From: Candidatus Latescibacterota bacterium
Lineage (GTDB): Bacteria > Latescibacterota > UBA2968 > UBA8231
DNA length: 64,000 nt
Direction: 5' to 3'
Assembly: GCA_965203175.1 (NCBI GenBank)
Contig: OZ241867.1
Coordinates: forward strand, 3,392,001 to 3,456,000
The first letter of the stretch is position 1. Every line of letters begins with the position of its first letter. The notes beneath the pieces were generated by a model, which saw only the letters and a list, made by a program, of their open reading frames with translations, had not been told where the DNA came from and ran no database searches. This document shows positions 9,103 through 18,260 of this stretch, piece by piece. The position numbers and the translations under genes were made by a program.

Positions 9103-10256
9103 CCCATTACAACCCCCCAACCTCGGCCCACGAAGTCAAAGGCGACCCTCAAGCGCCGCTGCCGCTTGAAGTGATCCAGCAACAGGCCCTCGAAGCCCTC
9201 GACCGAGGCGACTACGAGGCGCTGGCCGAAGTGCTGACTAGCGCCCGTATCCGTTGCGAAGATGAGGCTGACACCCGACCTAGCTGCGAGGCCGTCCGCG
9301 CCGCCTTCGAGCAAGTGGACGGCGATAGCTTGCCCCAAGCCATCGCGAAGGCCGAAACCTTGATCCAGTGGGAACGGCGACCAAAAGCCCGCGCCGCGCA
9401 TAAAATCAACGATCCCCAACCCGCGCCCTTGCTAAAAGCGGCAGGACAAGACGGCCCGCTCTTGACTGCCGGCATGGTGGCGACCCTATCCGGCGCAGGT
9501 GGCACGGGCAAAAGCAAGTTAGCGCTACAAATCGCCTTACAGTTCGCCGAGGCCAACGAGTATGGCCTGACCCCCGACAAACTATGGGAGGCCGCTGCTG
9601 GTTCGGTCCTTGTTTGCACCTACGAAGATGCGGCCGGAATGACCGCCGATTATTTACGCCAGCAGGCCAAGTGCTTGAATTGCCCCGGAGGAGTAGCACA
9701 TGTCAAGGTCCTCGACTTGGCAGGGTATCCGCTTTTCGGTCCTGGCGAAGCGCAAAGCTATAACACCCGCCCATCTCGATTGTTCGGTTTCCACGTGCTA
9801 GCCGACGCCGCCGAGAAAATCGGCCCGCGCCTTATCGTGATCGACCCGGCGCTTTTCGCATATGTTGGCGAGGCCAACGCCACCTCGCCCGTCCGCGAGT
9901 TTGTCGCAGCGCTGGCCCAGCTAGCTAGCCAGCACAACGCCGCCGTGCTATTGGTTGCCCATTCGACTAAGGGCGCTCGCTTAAGCAACAGCAACAGCAA
10001 GCCCGATCTATTCGACGCCGGACAAATGAGTGGATCCGCCGGATGGCACGACGCGGCCCGTGCTTGCCTTGTGCTGACCCGCGAGACAGACGACCCGACC
10101 CGCTGGACGCTAGCCGTTGCAAAAGCCAACTACGGCCCGTCTTTCATAAAGACCTTGCTCAAGTACGAACACCCCGTTTTTCGTGCTGCTGATAGCCCCG
10201 CTTGGAAGGACAAAGACGGCCAACCCACTACCCAAGAAGACAACCCTTATGCCTAA
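9099..10256 (+). CDS. RepA-like replicative helicase (AAA_25, SF4)
   Basis: Walker A GAGGTGKS, YED, Walker B LIVIDP, LVAHSTK, GSAGWHDAAR, KANYG; start overlaps the primase stop. Confidence 0.85.
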   Translation: MTHYNPPTSAHEVKGDPQAPLPLEVIQQQALEALDRGDYEALAEVLTSARIRCEDEADTRPSCEAVRAAFEQVDGDSLPQAIAKAETLIQWERRPKARAAHKINDPQPAPLLKAAGQDGPLLTAGMVATLSGAGGTGKSKLALQIALQFAEANEYGLTPDKLWEAAAGSVLVCTYEDAAGMTADYLRQQAKCLNCPGGVAHVKVLDLAGYPLFGPGEAQSYNTRPSRLFGFHVLADAAEKIGPRLIVIDPALFAYVGEANATSPVREFVAALAQLASQHNAAVLLVAHSTKGARLSNSNSKPDLFDAGQMSGSAGWHDAARACLVLTRETDDPTRWTLAVAKANYGPSFIKTLLKYEHPVFRAADSPAWKDKDGQPTTQEDNPYA

Positions 10257-11769
10257 GACGCCGACCCTATCGACGGCGACCACGACCGCCGAAATCCTAG
10301 AGGCAACAGCCCGTTTCTGTTGGTATGAATCCTATAACAACAGCGAGGATTGCCCCACCCAACAGATCCCCACCGAAACCGACCTATACCAAGAACCAAC
10401 CCTTTGGGATCTCGACCGACCCCCTTGGCCCATGGCCCGAGGCTATCCACTTCGGGGCGATCTGCTCAACGAGGTGCGTTCACGGCTGACCCAGTTGACC
10501 AAGTGGATAGCCCCGCATATTAAAGGCGGTATATGGGACGTGTACGCCACTGACTTTAACAGCGGGTGTTTGGAGTTCACGTACCGCCACGCTCCAGACC
10601 GCCCTCCGTTTTTGGGCTGCGAGATTGAAGATATACAGATTGCCTTTCGCAAAGCAGCTCAAGACGGCGACCCGCCCAAGCACCCGATCGTCCTAATGGT
10701 CGAGGCGTGGCAACAAAGGCCCCGGTCGGTAGAAACCGACCGCAAGCAGCACGGTATCCTTCCCCTTGTGTTGAAGGCGACACAACTACACCCACAAGAC
10801 GCAACCGAAAGCGACAACCGCAACGGGCAACTCCCCTTTGTTTCGACCCCTAACCCTTTGGGAAAGTATCACAGCCAACAAGCGGAGCTACCCTTTTTAG
10901 AAACACCCAAGCCCGGCAAGTTTATCCCCGCCCTACCCGTGCAGCGTTATGACCTGGCAGGTGGGCCGACACGTACCAAAGGTCCCGGAGCGCCCTACGC
11001 ACAGCGCCTTTTCTTTGAGGCGCTTATGTCCGTTCCACGTCAAGACCGGATAGCGCACATGTCCAGCAAAGTTACCCTTACACTGCGCGATTTAGTGGCT
11101 TGGATATGGCCCAAGGGCTGGGAGCGTAAACGCAACTTGCCCGCGCTGGCTCGGGCGCTCGAAGATTTAAACAAGATGGTGATAAGATGGGAGCGCCGCG
11201 ATTGGATTCTTGTTGTCTGCCGCTCCTTTCCAACATGGGAAACTAAGCTAGAAGACTTGATATGCTTGGAAGTTTTCAACTTACCCGGCAGCGACCAAGG
11301 CCCCTTGATTAACCGCTTCTGGTCCCGGCACTGGGGGTTGGTATGTTTCACAGCCTACCGATCTTACTTACGGCTGGCCTACATTTGGGACGATGTGAAA
11401 GCCAAGCGCGGAGGCCGTCGCGTCTTTGCAACCCGCCCGAAGGTACTACGAGACGAACAGGACCGGCTTGTGAACGCCAAAGGCGAGCTTATCCTTAAAG
11501 GCGGCCAGCCTGTCAAAGATTGGAGCCACCCGCAAGCGATCCAAACCGGCAAGCTTGAGCGCAATCCAGCAGCCGACCACGTGCCCGAGCTTGGCCCCGA
11601 CGATCTGGCCGAGCTCGGATTCAACGACGACCCTAACTTGACCCGGCAGCAGATAGCCGACCGCGCCCGCAAAACTCGTGTTGCTTTGCGGAAAATGGAG
11701 GCCGCCGGCGCGGTTGTATTGGAAACAGACCAATACGGCGGAGTAAGGGTTCTAGAACCGGCAGGGTAA
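10249..11769 (+). CDS. Hypothetical protein, candidate iteron-binding replication initiator
   Basis: Overlaps the helicase stop; wHTH-like segments (TLTLRDLVAWIWP..., TRVALRKMEAAGAV); iterons follow directly. Function inferred from context. Confidence 0.55.
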   Translation: MPKTPTLSTATTTAEILEATARFCWYESYNNSEDCPTQQIPTETDLYQEPTLWDLDRPPWPMARGYPLRGDLLNEVRSRLTQLTKWIAPHIKGGIWDVYATDFNSGCLEFTYRHAPDRPPFLGCEIEDIQIAFRKAAQDGDPPKHPIVLMVEAWQQRPRSVETDRKQHGILPLVLKATQLHPQDATESDNRNGQLPFVSTPNPLGKYHSQQAELPFLETPKPGKFIPALPVQRYDLAGGPTRTKGPGAPYAQRLFFEALMSVPRQDRIAHMSSKVTLTLRDLVAWIWPKGWERKRNLPALARALEDLNKMVIRWERRDWILVVCRSFPTWETKLEDLICLEVFNLPGSDQGPLINRFWSRHWGLVCFTAYRSYLRLAYIWDDVKAKRGGRRVFATRPKVLRDEQDRLVNAKGELILKGGQPVKDWSHPQAIQTGKLERNPAADHVPELGPDDLAELGFNDDPNLTRQQIADRARKTRVALRKMEAAGAVVLETDQYGGVRVLEPAG

Positions 11770-11814
11770 AGGCCGAAGCCTGTGCACGTGGCCTATTAAC
11801 GAATTAACTGGCAA

Positions 11815-11880
11815 AACACGCTAATAGGCCATATGGAACACGCTAATAGGCCATATGGAACACGCTAATAGGCCATATGA
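11815..11880 (+). repeat. Three tandem 22-bp iterons (putative oriV)
   Basis: AACACGCTAATAGGCCATATGG twice plus a third copy ending ATATGA; inverted partial copy TGGCCTATTAACG at 11789-11801. Confidence 0.85.
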
Positions 11881-11948
11881 AGGCCGAAATTAAAGAGAGA
11901 AACCGCCATCGCAACAGAGACAACAGGTACACAGGTTGTTGTTGTCCC

Positions 11949-11985
11949 AGCGGCAGACCGATCGCTGGGGCGACCGACTGCCGCT
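11949..11985. other. Hairpin downstream of iterons, possible primase (ssi-like) site
   Basis: AGCGGCAG...TCGC-TGGG-GCGA...CTGCCGCT. Confidence 0.4.
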
Positions 11986-12101
11986 AGAAAAAAATCGACC
12001 GCGCCACGGTGGGGCGCATCGGCCCGCCGTCCCTAGAAAAGAAAAACGCAGTTAGTGCCCGCCTCGACTCCCGCGCGGTCGGGTATCTTTGGAGGTGAGT
12101 T

Positions 12102-12692
12102 ATGAACAAGGCTGAAGAGACAATTCGGACCGCGTATCAGGAAAAAATCGACGCGGTTATCGACTATTGGGACAGCCAAGAGTACGACCCTTGTAACACT
12201 CAAAAGAAATGGCGAGCCGTCCGCATTCTACAAGACGAAATGGCCGAAGCGCTCAAAGACCTAGCGCAAAATCTCGGGCAGCCATCGCGAGTACTAAAAA
12301 CGTTTGACGATGCCCGCGAGCGGCTGTTGGAGATGGCGGTCGAGGCCCGCAACGCCGGCGATTTCAAGACCGAGCAAAGATGTCTGGTGGAATATCTGCG
12401 CTCAGATCGTCGGCCAGCGACGGCCGCCAACTCGGAGCAAGGTGCCGTCTATCAGACCCTTGTACTCAACTACATCAACAACGCGGCAGATAGCGATGGC
12501 CGGCTGCCGCTTTGGGAAGAGGTCGAGGCCGCTATCACGGCGGTTTTACCCCACGCGAAAAAACGAGAAAAAAAACAGCTCTTGGCCGCGCTGGGCTTTG
12601 GTCTGGCCCGCGATTGGTCGAATGGTTCCGCTGGCGCACTGCGTTTGACTCCCCTCGCAGCCCAAGACGGCGCAGGAAACGAGGTCGAGTAA
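12102..12692 (+). CDS. Hypothetical helical protein
   Basis: Strong GGAGGTG RBS, 196-aa ORF. Confidence 0.7.
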   Translation: MNKAEETIRTAYQEKIDAVIDYWDSQEYDPCNTQKKWRAVRILQDEMAEALKDLAQNLGQPSRVLKTFDDARERLLEMAVEARNAGDFKTEQRCLVEYLRSDRRPATAANSEQGAVYQTLVLNYINNAADSDGRLPLWEEVEAAITAVLPHAKKREKKQLLAALGFGLARDWSNGSAGALRLTPLAAQDGAGNEVE

Positions 12693-13863
12693 TGGCACTC
12701 CCTAGCTCGTGGTGGTGATAGATCTACAAGTCCCAGCCGCCCACAGACGAGCACACACACTTTTTTGCACGTCAACACACGCACCAGAGCGAACCCTTGC
12801 CCCCGGACCTTGGGACAGCGCCAAACCCCGGAATACGCTCTATAGTGGCGGTCAGTGCGCGCCGCGCCACGGCAGCGCACGCCAAGACCGCCGCGCACAC
12901 GGGATTTTCAGCCCTCGCTGGCGTAGGAAGCACCCCCGCCGCGTTTGTAGTATACGGGGCGAAGGATAGGACAGAATTTCACTGAGCGGCCCCCGCGCCC
13001 CATTCTACACCGTCCATTGCCTATCTGCGTTGGCCGCACAAGGCCAGCGGCGAAAGGAACGAGCGCTGCCGTTTTGACTTCGCTCGCTCGCCTTGCGCTC
13101 TGAGACTTGGTGCGCATCGGTGTCCGCTTCTCGGCCAGAGCCAGAACAATCTCGGCAAACTGCGCCGAGAACGTTCTGGCTCAGCTACCCGGAATCGCGC
13201 GAGGTCAAGTATATCGCCTTGACCACTGATCGAGGTTGACCACCGACCGACGTATTGATTGAGCTATGAGGCCCGCGCATAATGGACGAGTTGAACGGCG
13301 ATCTATTTAGGCCACAGTGAAAGGCAAGTTGGGAAGCGCTAAAATAGAAACGCCGGCCGCTATGTGGACACTTCACGACCGGCACTCCACCTTGCGAATA
13401 TCAAGAGAGCGACCCTTGACGGCCACGAAGGTATCGCCGCAACGCCCAGGTCAAGACGCCCACCCCGTATACAACCTTGTGTTATATAATAGGGCGGAAG
13501 GTAGGGCAATTTTCCACCGCACAGGCCCCTCGCTCCCTCATTTCAGCAGCGATCGACGATCAAAAAGGGGCACGATTGCGGATTTGGGCGGATCTCCCCA
13601 CACGTACGCGCATCACGCGCGCGATAGCGATAGATGGTAAGGAGTGCACCCCCTCGTCTTTTCTGGCCCGCTTTGTTTGCCCTGGCCTAGTGCCAGAGCA
13701 GCCCACCCCGCCCCCCATCGCCATTATAACCGCCCTCGACCATCACCGCCGCCAGAGCGCCCCAAACGCCGTCTAAGTGTTTCGCCGGCCTCTTGCTTGG
13801 ACATGGGAAAGGCCGAGCTTGTAGCACCTGGACGGGAAAGCAGCAGCCGTGCAGAAGAACCGA

Positions 13864-14055
13864 CACACCCCGCTACATCAGGCTAGTACCCAAAATTTCA
13901 GGCCAGCCTGACGACCTGAAGGCCGCAGGCCCAACCCTGGCCCCTTTCTACGCCGTCCATTACCGACCGAGGAGCGGCGCTAACTGCGAAAGTTGTCCAC
14001 ATCATCACGCCCGCCCTGTTGCCCCGCAGGTGTGGACAATTTCAACGCGCCGTGC
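13864..14055. repeat. Degenerate ~190-bp repeat, copy 2
   Basis: Matches 2761-2955; holds the inverted pair TTGTCCACA (13993-14001) and TGTGGACAA (14031-14039). Confidence 0.75.
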
Positions 14056-15009
14056 GCATCAAGCTGCGCGCTTGCCAGCCAGCCCACTAAGCCCAAAAGA
14101 CGACTTGGCGTTCTGGCTGAATGACATGGAGTTCACGCATATCGCGCACCGCAACGCCGACACCGGATTGACGAGGCGTATACCCTACGAGGACGTTTCA
14201 CAAGTGACAACGACCTATTCGGTTCCGAAGATCAGACGAGCGATTGAGACTCAGTTCGTTGCATTGTTGGCGTGGTTGATGCAATAGCGAAAGAGACCGC
14301 CCCAGTACTCCAGATAGTAGCGGATATATGGAGTGATTTGGAAAAGGCAAGCACTTTCTTGCAAGGGGCGATTGCAAGGGGTCGATGGGGCACGGTTGGA
14401 GGGGTCGGCAGTCTCCTCGGCGCGGCTAGCGCGGGCGCAACCTCGGCTAGCTAGCTTGCCGATTGGGGCGACCTGCGGCGCGGATCGGGACGGATCAGGC
14501 GCAACGGGGGACGTTCCATGCCCCGTTAAGCCGTCTCAGCCGCACGAATGGGCCTCGGCCTCGGGGTCGGATAGGATGCAAGCGGCCTAGGGCACGTTCA
14601 GTGAGGGAAACGGGGGCGAATCGGGCACACTGGGGAGAATTCGGGACGATGTGGGCGGTGGTGGTGGGATAGGGCGGAGCGTGGGACGGACGGCGAGCGG
14701 GTTGGGTCGATGGGGTTGTATGGTCGGCGCGGCCCAGCGCGGGGATGGCCTCGGCGCACGGCGGGCGGTGGGGTAGAGGGTGAATTCGCGCACGGCACGG
14801 CCAGCGGACGCGGTGGTAGGGATGGGGCGGAGCGTGGGCAGGCAATCGCAAGGGGGCATATCCCAATCGGCCCCCCCGAACCCGATTTTTGCTGATTTGT
14901 GTCTGTGTGGGAGACGCGCGCCTCAGCCGCAAGATTCTAAAAAATTATTACGAAGAAGTCAGGGTAGCCGTCCCAACTTGGGACAAAGGGCTATAGCTGC
15001 ACAACCGAA

Positions 15010-15354
15010 TTACAACTCAGTGAGTGCCGCAAGTAACTCGTCTATTCTCGTCTGTGCAGCATCAATTTTTTCCTTTGCGGCCTCACGCTCGCTCGGACCC
15101 TCCTTCTTTCCCTTCAGTAATCCCTCAAGTTCATGCACAATATCTTTCTTCTCATGTACTACTGTTGCTGGGATGAGCTTGTCTAGCTCGACGAGCTTTT
15201 GCAAGCAGGTATCTATTTGTTGATCTGAGTTGATCTTCTCCTCGGCGGCGCGCAGTTCATCCTCTCCCTCCATTTTATCTTTGAGTGCCGCCTGAAGCTC
15301 ATTTGCGATTGCACTTCTTTTGGCATCTTTCGCTGATTCTGATGGTGTTTCCAT
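15010..15354 (-). CDS. Small coiled-coil protein with an internal duplication
   Basis: AGGAGA RBS before METP; KDKMEGEDELRAAEEKI resembles KGKKEGPSEREAAKEKI. Confidence 0.65.
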   Translation of the reverse strand: METPSESAKDAKRSAIANELQAALKDKMEGEDELRAAEEKINSDQQIDTCLQKLVELDKLIPATVVHEKKDIVHELEGLLKGKKEGPSEREAAKEKIDAAQTRIDELLAALTEL

Positions 15355-15413
15355 CGACTCATCTCCTGTGATTAAGAGTGTTATCAGGGCCGATCCGCTG
15401 TCGCCGCATCTTC

Positions 15414-16604
15414 TCAATTCTCCTCCCAAGCCAGGGGATTAGATCCACTTTTACAGAAGAAGAACTGGACGTGCCCACAGTAGCCACAGGTGAATATCTT
15501 GAAGGCATTACCTCCTGCTGGATTCAACCCAAAATCATTTCTAGTGTCCATAATATCCTTGTCCACAGATAGTTTATACTCTCCGAAACCACAGACCCGG
15601 CACGGGCGGACAATATTTTCTCCCACTGGATCTGCGCCAAGTCTTAGGGCACGAAGAAGATCGTGAATCTTCACACCTAGCGAACTCGCGTCCCGAAGAC
15701 AGTCCTTTTCGTCTTCAACAATGCACTTATCAAGCAAGCCATTAAGAAATACCATTTCGGGTCTATTGGGAAACATTCGCTCAAGATTGAACTCATTTCG
15801 GCGGTGATACCAAAGGGGAAGAATCGGTTTGCTCGATACCATTGACCAGATGGTCTTACCCAACGAAAAGACATCGAAACTGGGCTTTATCTTTTCTATT
15901 CGCCTACCTGTAGCCCATTGTGGCATCCAGTCGCGACTGCCTACGTTTTCCACTGTGTCGCTCAGCCTCGTGTGATCTCCATCTGTGAAGTGCACGAGGC
16001 CAAAGTCGCCAAGTACTAGTTGTTCACTCTCATCTACAAAAATGTTCTCTGGCTTGATGTCGCGATGGACGAGCCCCTCTCCGTGCAAGGCGGCAACCCC
16101 ATCAACGATTGGCCGAATTGCAGTTAGGGTACGTTCTACTTGACCAGTAAACCAGCCGGATCTGTCTTTCAGGGTTCCATTCGTATAGTATTTTGAGACG
16201 AACCACTTCTCATCAAGGTTATAGTCCTCAATCTTCAGGAGATTCGGGTGGTCAGCTTGCTTCATAGCCTCCAGTTCGCGTTTTAGCCGTTCCTCTGCAT
16301 CCTCGAAATTTCGGGCTTCATTCGGCGAGTGAAGAATTTTGAGTGCGCCGTGGTTCATAGGATTGTCATCACGTACAATTCCGATAATGCCTTTTCGTAT
16401 CTCCTTCTCTGTATCTGGAGTTACCTCTATACGGGTACTGGACTTCAGAGCGTCGCGGATTGCACTAACGATACCAACCACGTTCACCACGTTGTTCGGC
16501 AAGTTCAAGGGGGGCTGCGTACTCTTGTCCAAGACGCGGAAAACCTCACCTTGCCCTCCTTTGCCAATGCTTTCAATCTTTTCCCAACGATTTAAGTACT
16601 GCAT
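15414..16604 (-). CDS. Ser/Thr protein kinase with C-terminal zinc ribbon
   Basis: GKGGQGEV, ALK, HRDIKPEN, DFGL, DVFSLG; C-terminal CRVC...CGYCGH. Confidence 0.9.
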   Translation of the reverse strand: MQYLNRWEKIESIGKGGQGEVFRVLDKSTQPPLNLPNNVVNVVGIVSAIRDALKSSTRIEVTPDTEKEIRKGIIGIVRDDNPMNHGALKILHSPNEARNFEDAEERLKRELEAMKQADHPNLLKIEDYNLDEKWFVSKYYTNGTLKDRSGWFTGQVERTLTAIRPIVDGVAALHGEGLVHRDIKPENIFVDESEQLVLGDFGLVHFTDGDHTRLSDTVENVGSRDWMPQWATGRRIEKIKPSFDVFSLGKTIWSMVSSKPILPLWYHRRNEFNLERMFPNRPEMVFLNGLLDKCIVEDEKDCLRDASSLGVKIHDLLRALRLGADPVGENIVRPCRVCGFGEYKLSVDKDIMDTRNDFGLNPAGGNAFKIFTCGYCGHVQFFFCKSGSNPLAWEEN

Positions 16605-16958
16605 TTTCGCACCTCCAATCCTCAGTTATGGACGCACCAACACAAATCCGACTCCTACGCTAATTTAGGGTAGTGGGTTACTTTGCCTTTCAGCAGCCGC
16701 GATCGCGGCGACCAGCAGCCAGCAGCCGGCGAGAAGGAACAGGGAACAAACTTACCTTGAAAACGACTCGAACCTCGTGTTTACGACTGCTGAGATGATT
16801 TCAGGGCGGCGTTGCGTTCGCCCTCCAGTAGCCCCCCAATATGGGCCACGCGCTCGTCGAACTCGGACAGGCGATTGGTTACGCCGTCTATCTTCTCCGT
16901 AAGCCGCTTTTCAACACCCGAGATGTCGCAGGGTTACTAACGATAAAAGACGGTAGCG

Positions 16959-17052
16959 CTAGTACGATTTGGCCTGTTTTGGGCAGAGACCGGCGCGACC
17001 GTTGCCGATTTTCGGCCATTTTGGAGCCACGAAAAGGGCTGATTTAGGCCAA
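16959..17052. repeat. ~93-bp dispersed repeat, copy 1 (copy 2 at 21291-21382)
   Basis: ctagta..ttggcct...ccggcgcg.ccgttg...ttttcggcYattttggagc...tttaggccaa; internal inverted ends ttggcct/aggccaa. Confidence 0.75.
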
Positions 17053-17125
17053 GTCAGCCGATCCCGTCCTAAGCTACAACGGGCCTACGCGACCAGAGGC
17101 CAGCAACCGTCGAGAAGGCTCATTA

Positions 17126-17270
17126 GAAGCCTTTTTAAAACTAGGGTTTCGGTCTCTCATGCGGCTCAAAGCGTCTGATACCGGGGGCATCTAGCCCTAT
17201 GAAAAACGTTTGACGCCAAGGTACTTTATCCCCCTACAAAGCGGCCCGATGGGGGTTTTAAAAACGCTTC
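17126..17270. mobile_element. 145-bp MITE, IS5-family-like
   Basis: TIRs GAAGCCTTTTTAAAAC / GTTTTAAAAACGCTTC with a TTA target-site duplication on both sides. Confidence 0.8.
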
Positions 17271-17313
17271 TTATGAGATAAGACCGTTCCTCATATAAGA
17301 AAACCGTCGTTCG

Positions 17314-17811
17314 TCATGACATCTTGTTCAACAGAAGAGCCGGTTGTCGCGTCGGTACTTCTTCCTCCGGCGGGATCTGACCGGCGAGTTTCGTAATGGG
17401 GCCGCGGGACATGCAGCATAGCCCGAGCAACGCCACTTCGACCTCAAACAAAACACCGTATTTCTGAATCTTCATAGCGATCCCACCTTGCGCTTGGGGC
17501 CTATGCCCCGGCGTATATCCGTAGGAATGGTGGACAAGCCAACGGCTCCATGCGCCGCCGAAAGAGTACCGAGATGCAACGCCACCGACGAAAGAGGATG
17601 GGTCCCAGTCCCAGTCCCAACGCACACGGATTTCATCTTCCCATCCTTCAAGAAGGATGCTCAGCTTATCTACTTTCCCAGGCCGGAATACCCGAGCAAA
17701 CTTCGCCAATCCACCGATCAGGTCGTCTTGAACGCTGATTTCGGTTCTCGGCTCTGTGGCCAGTTCCCCATTGGATTCGATCCATCGTTTCTCTAGGTGA
17801 GGGTTGCTCAT
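17314..17811 (-). CDS. Hypothetical protein, possibly chimeric or degraded
   Basis: GGGGGAG RBS; no recognised motif. Confidence 0.4.
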   Translation of the reverse strand: MSNPHLEKRWIESNGELATEPRTEISVQDDLIGGLAKFARVFRPGKVDKLSILLEGWEDEIRVRWDWDWDPSSFVGGVASRYSFGGAWSRWLVHHSYGYTPGHRPQAQGGIAMKIQKYGVLFEVEVALLGLCCMSRGPITKLAGQIPPEEEVPTRQPALLLNKMS

Positions 17812-17951
17812 TTAGTATCTCCCCCTTACAGGTTAGGTGCTGGGATAATTCCAAATAAAACATCCTCTTGGCACGGCGATTACCAAGGGGGCCTTTAGTC
17901 TTGGTCAAGACAACATCTACATCTATTTTGATAGTTATGTTGCCTCGTCGA

Positions 17952-18178
17952 TTATCCGGGTAGCTTGCTGATGATGCTGAACAGCAGGCTGCCCAAGGCG
18001 ATTAGGCTGGTTATCTGAATACCGACCAACCAACGAAATTGACTGTCCATGCGACTACGTAGCTCGGAAACGGCGCGTTCAATGGCGTCCAGCCGATGGG
18101 TCAGTTGCTCGGCGATGCCTTCCAGCGTCCAATGCGGCGGTCATGGGCTTGGGCTTGCGACAGGGGTTGCTCGGTCAC
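17952..18178 (-). pseudogene. Small coiled-coil plus C-terminal TM protein, frameshifted
   Basis: VTEQPLSQAQAHDRRIG / LEGIAEQLTHRLDAIE...QFRWLVGIQITSLIALGSLLFSII needs a 1-nt frameshift near 18128. Confidence 0.5.
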
Positions 18179-18260
18179 GGCGTCGTTCCTATGTGGGTTA
18201 GTGGGTCATTCTGAATAAGAACAATAAATTAGTATTGGCACAGGTTTTGCCGAGGAGGCT

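Noticed and set aside
11815-11880. CRISPR array
   Set aside because: Repeats are contiguous with no spacers and there are no cas genes; iterons fit better
13105-13120. Possible att copy of the tRNA-Lys 3' end (ttggtgcgc)
   Set aside because: Only about 9 bp match, expected by chance
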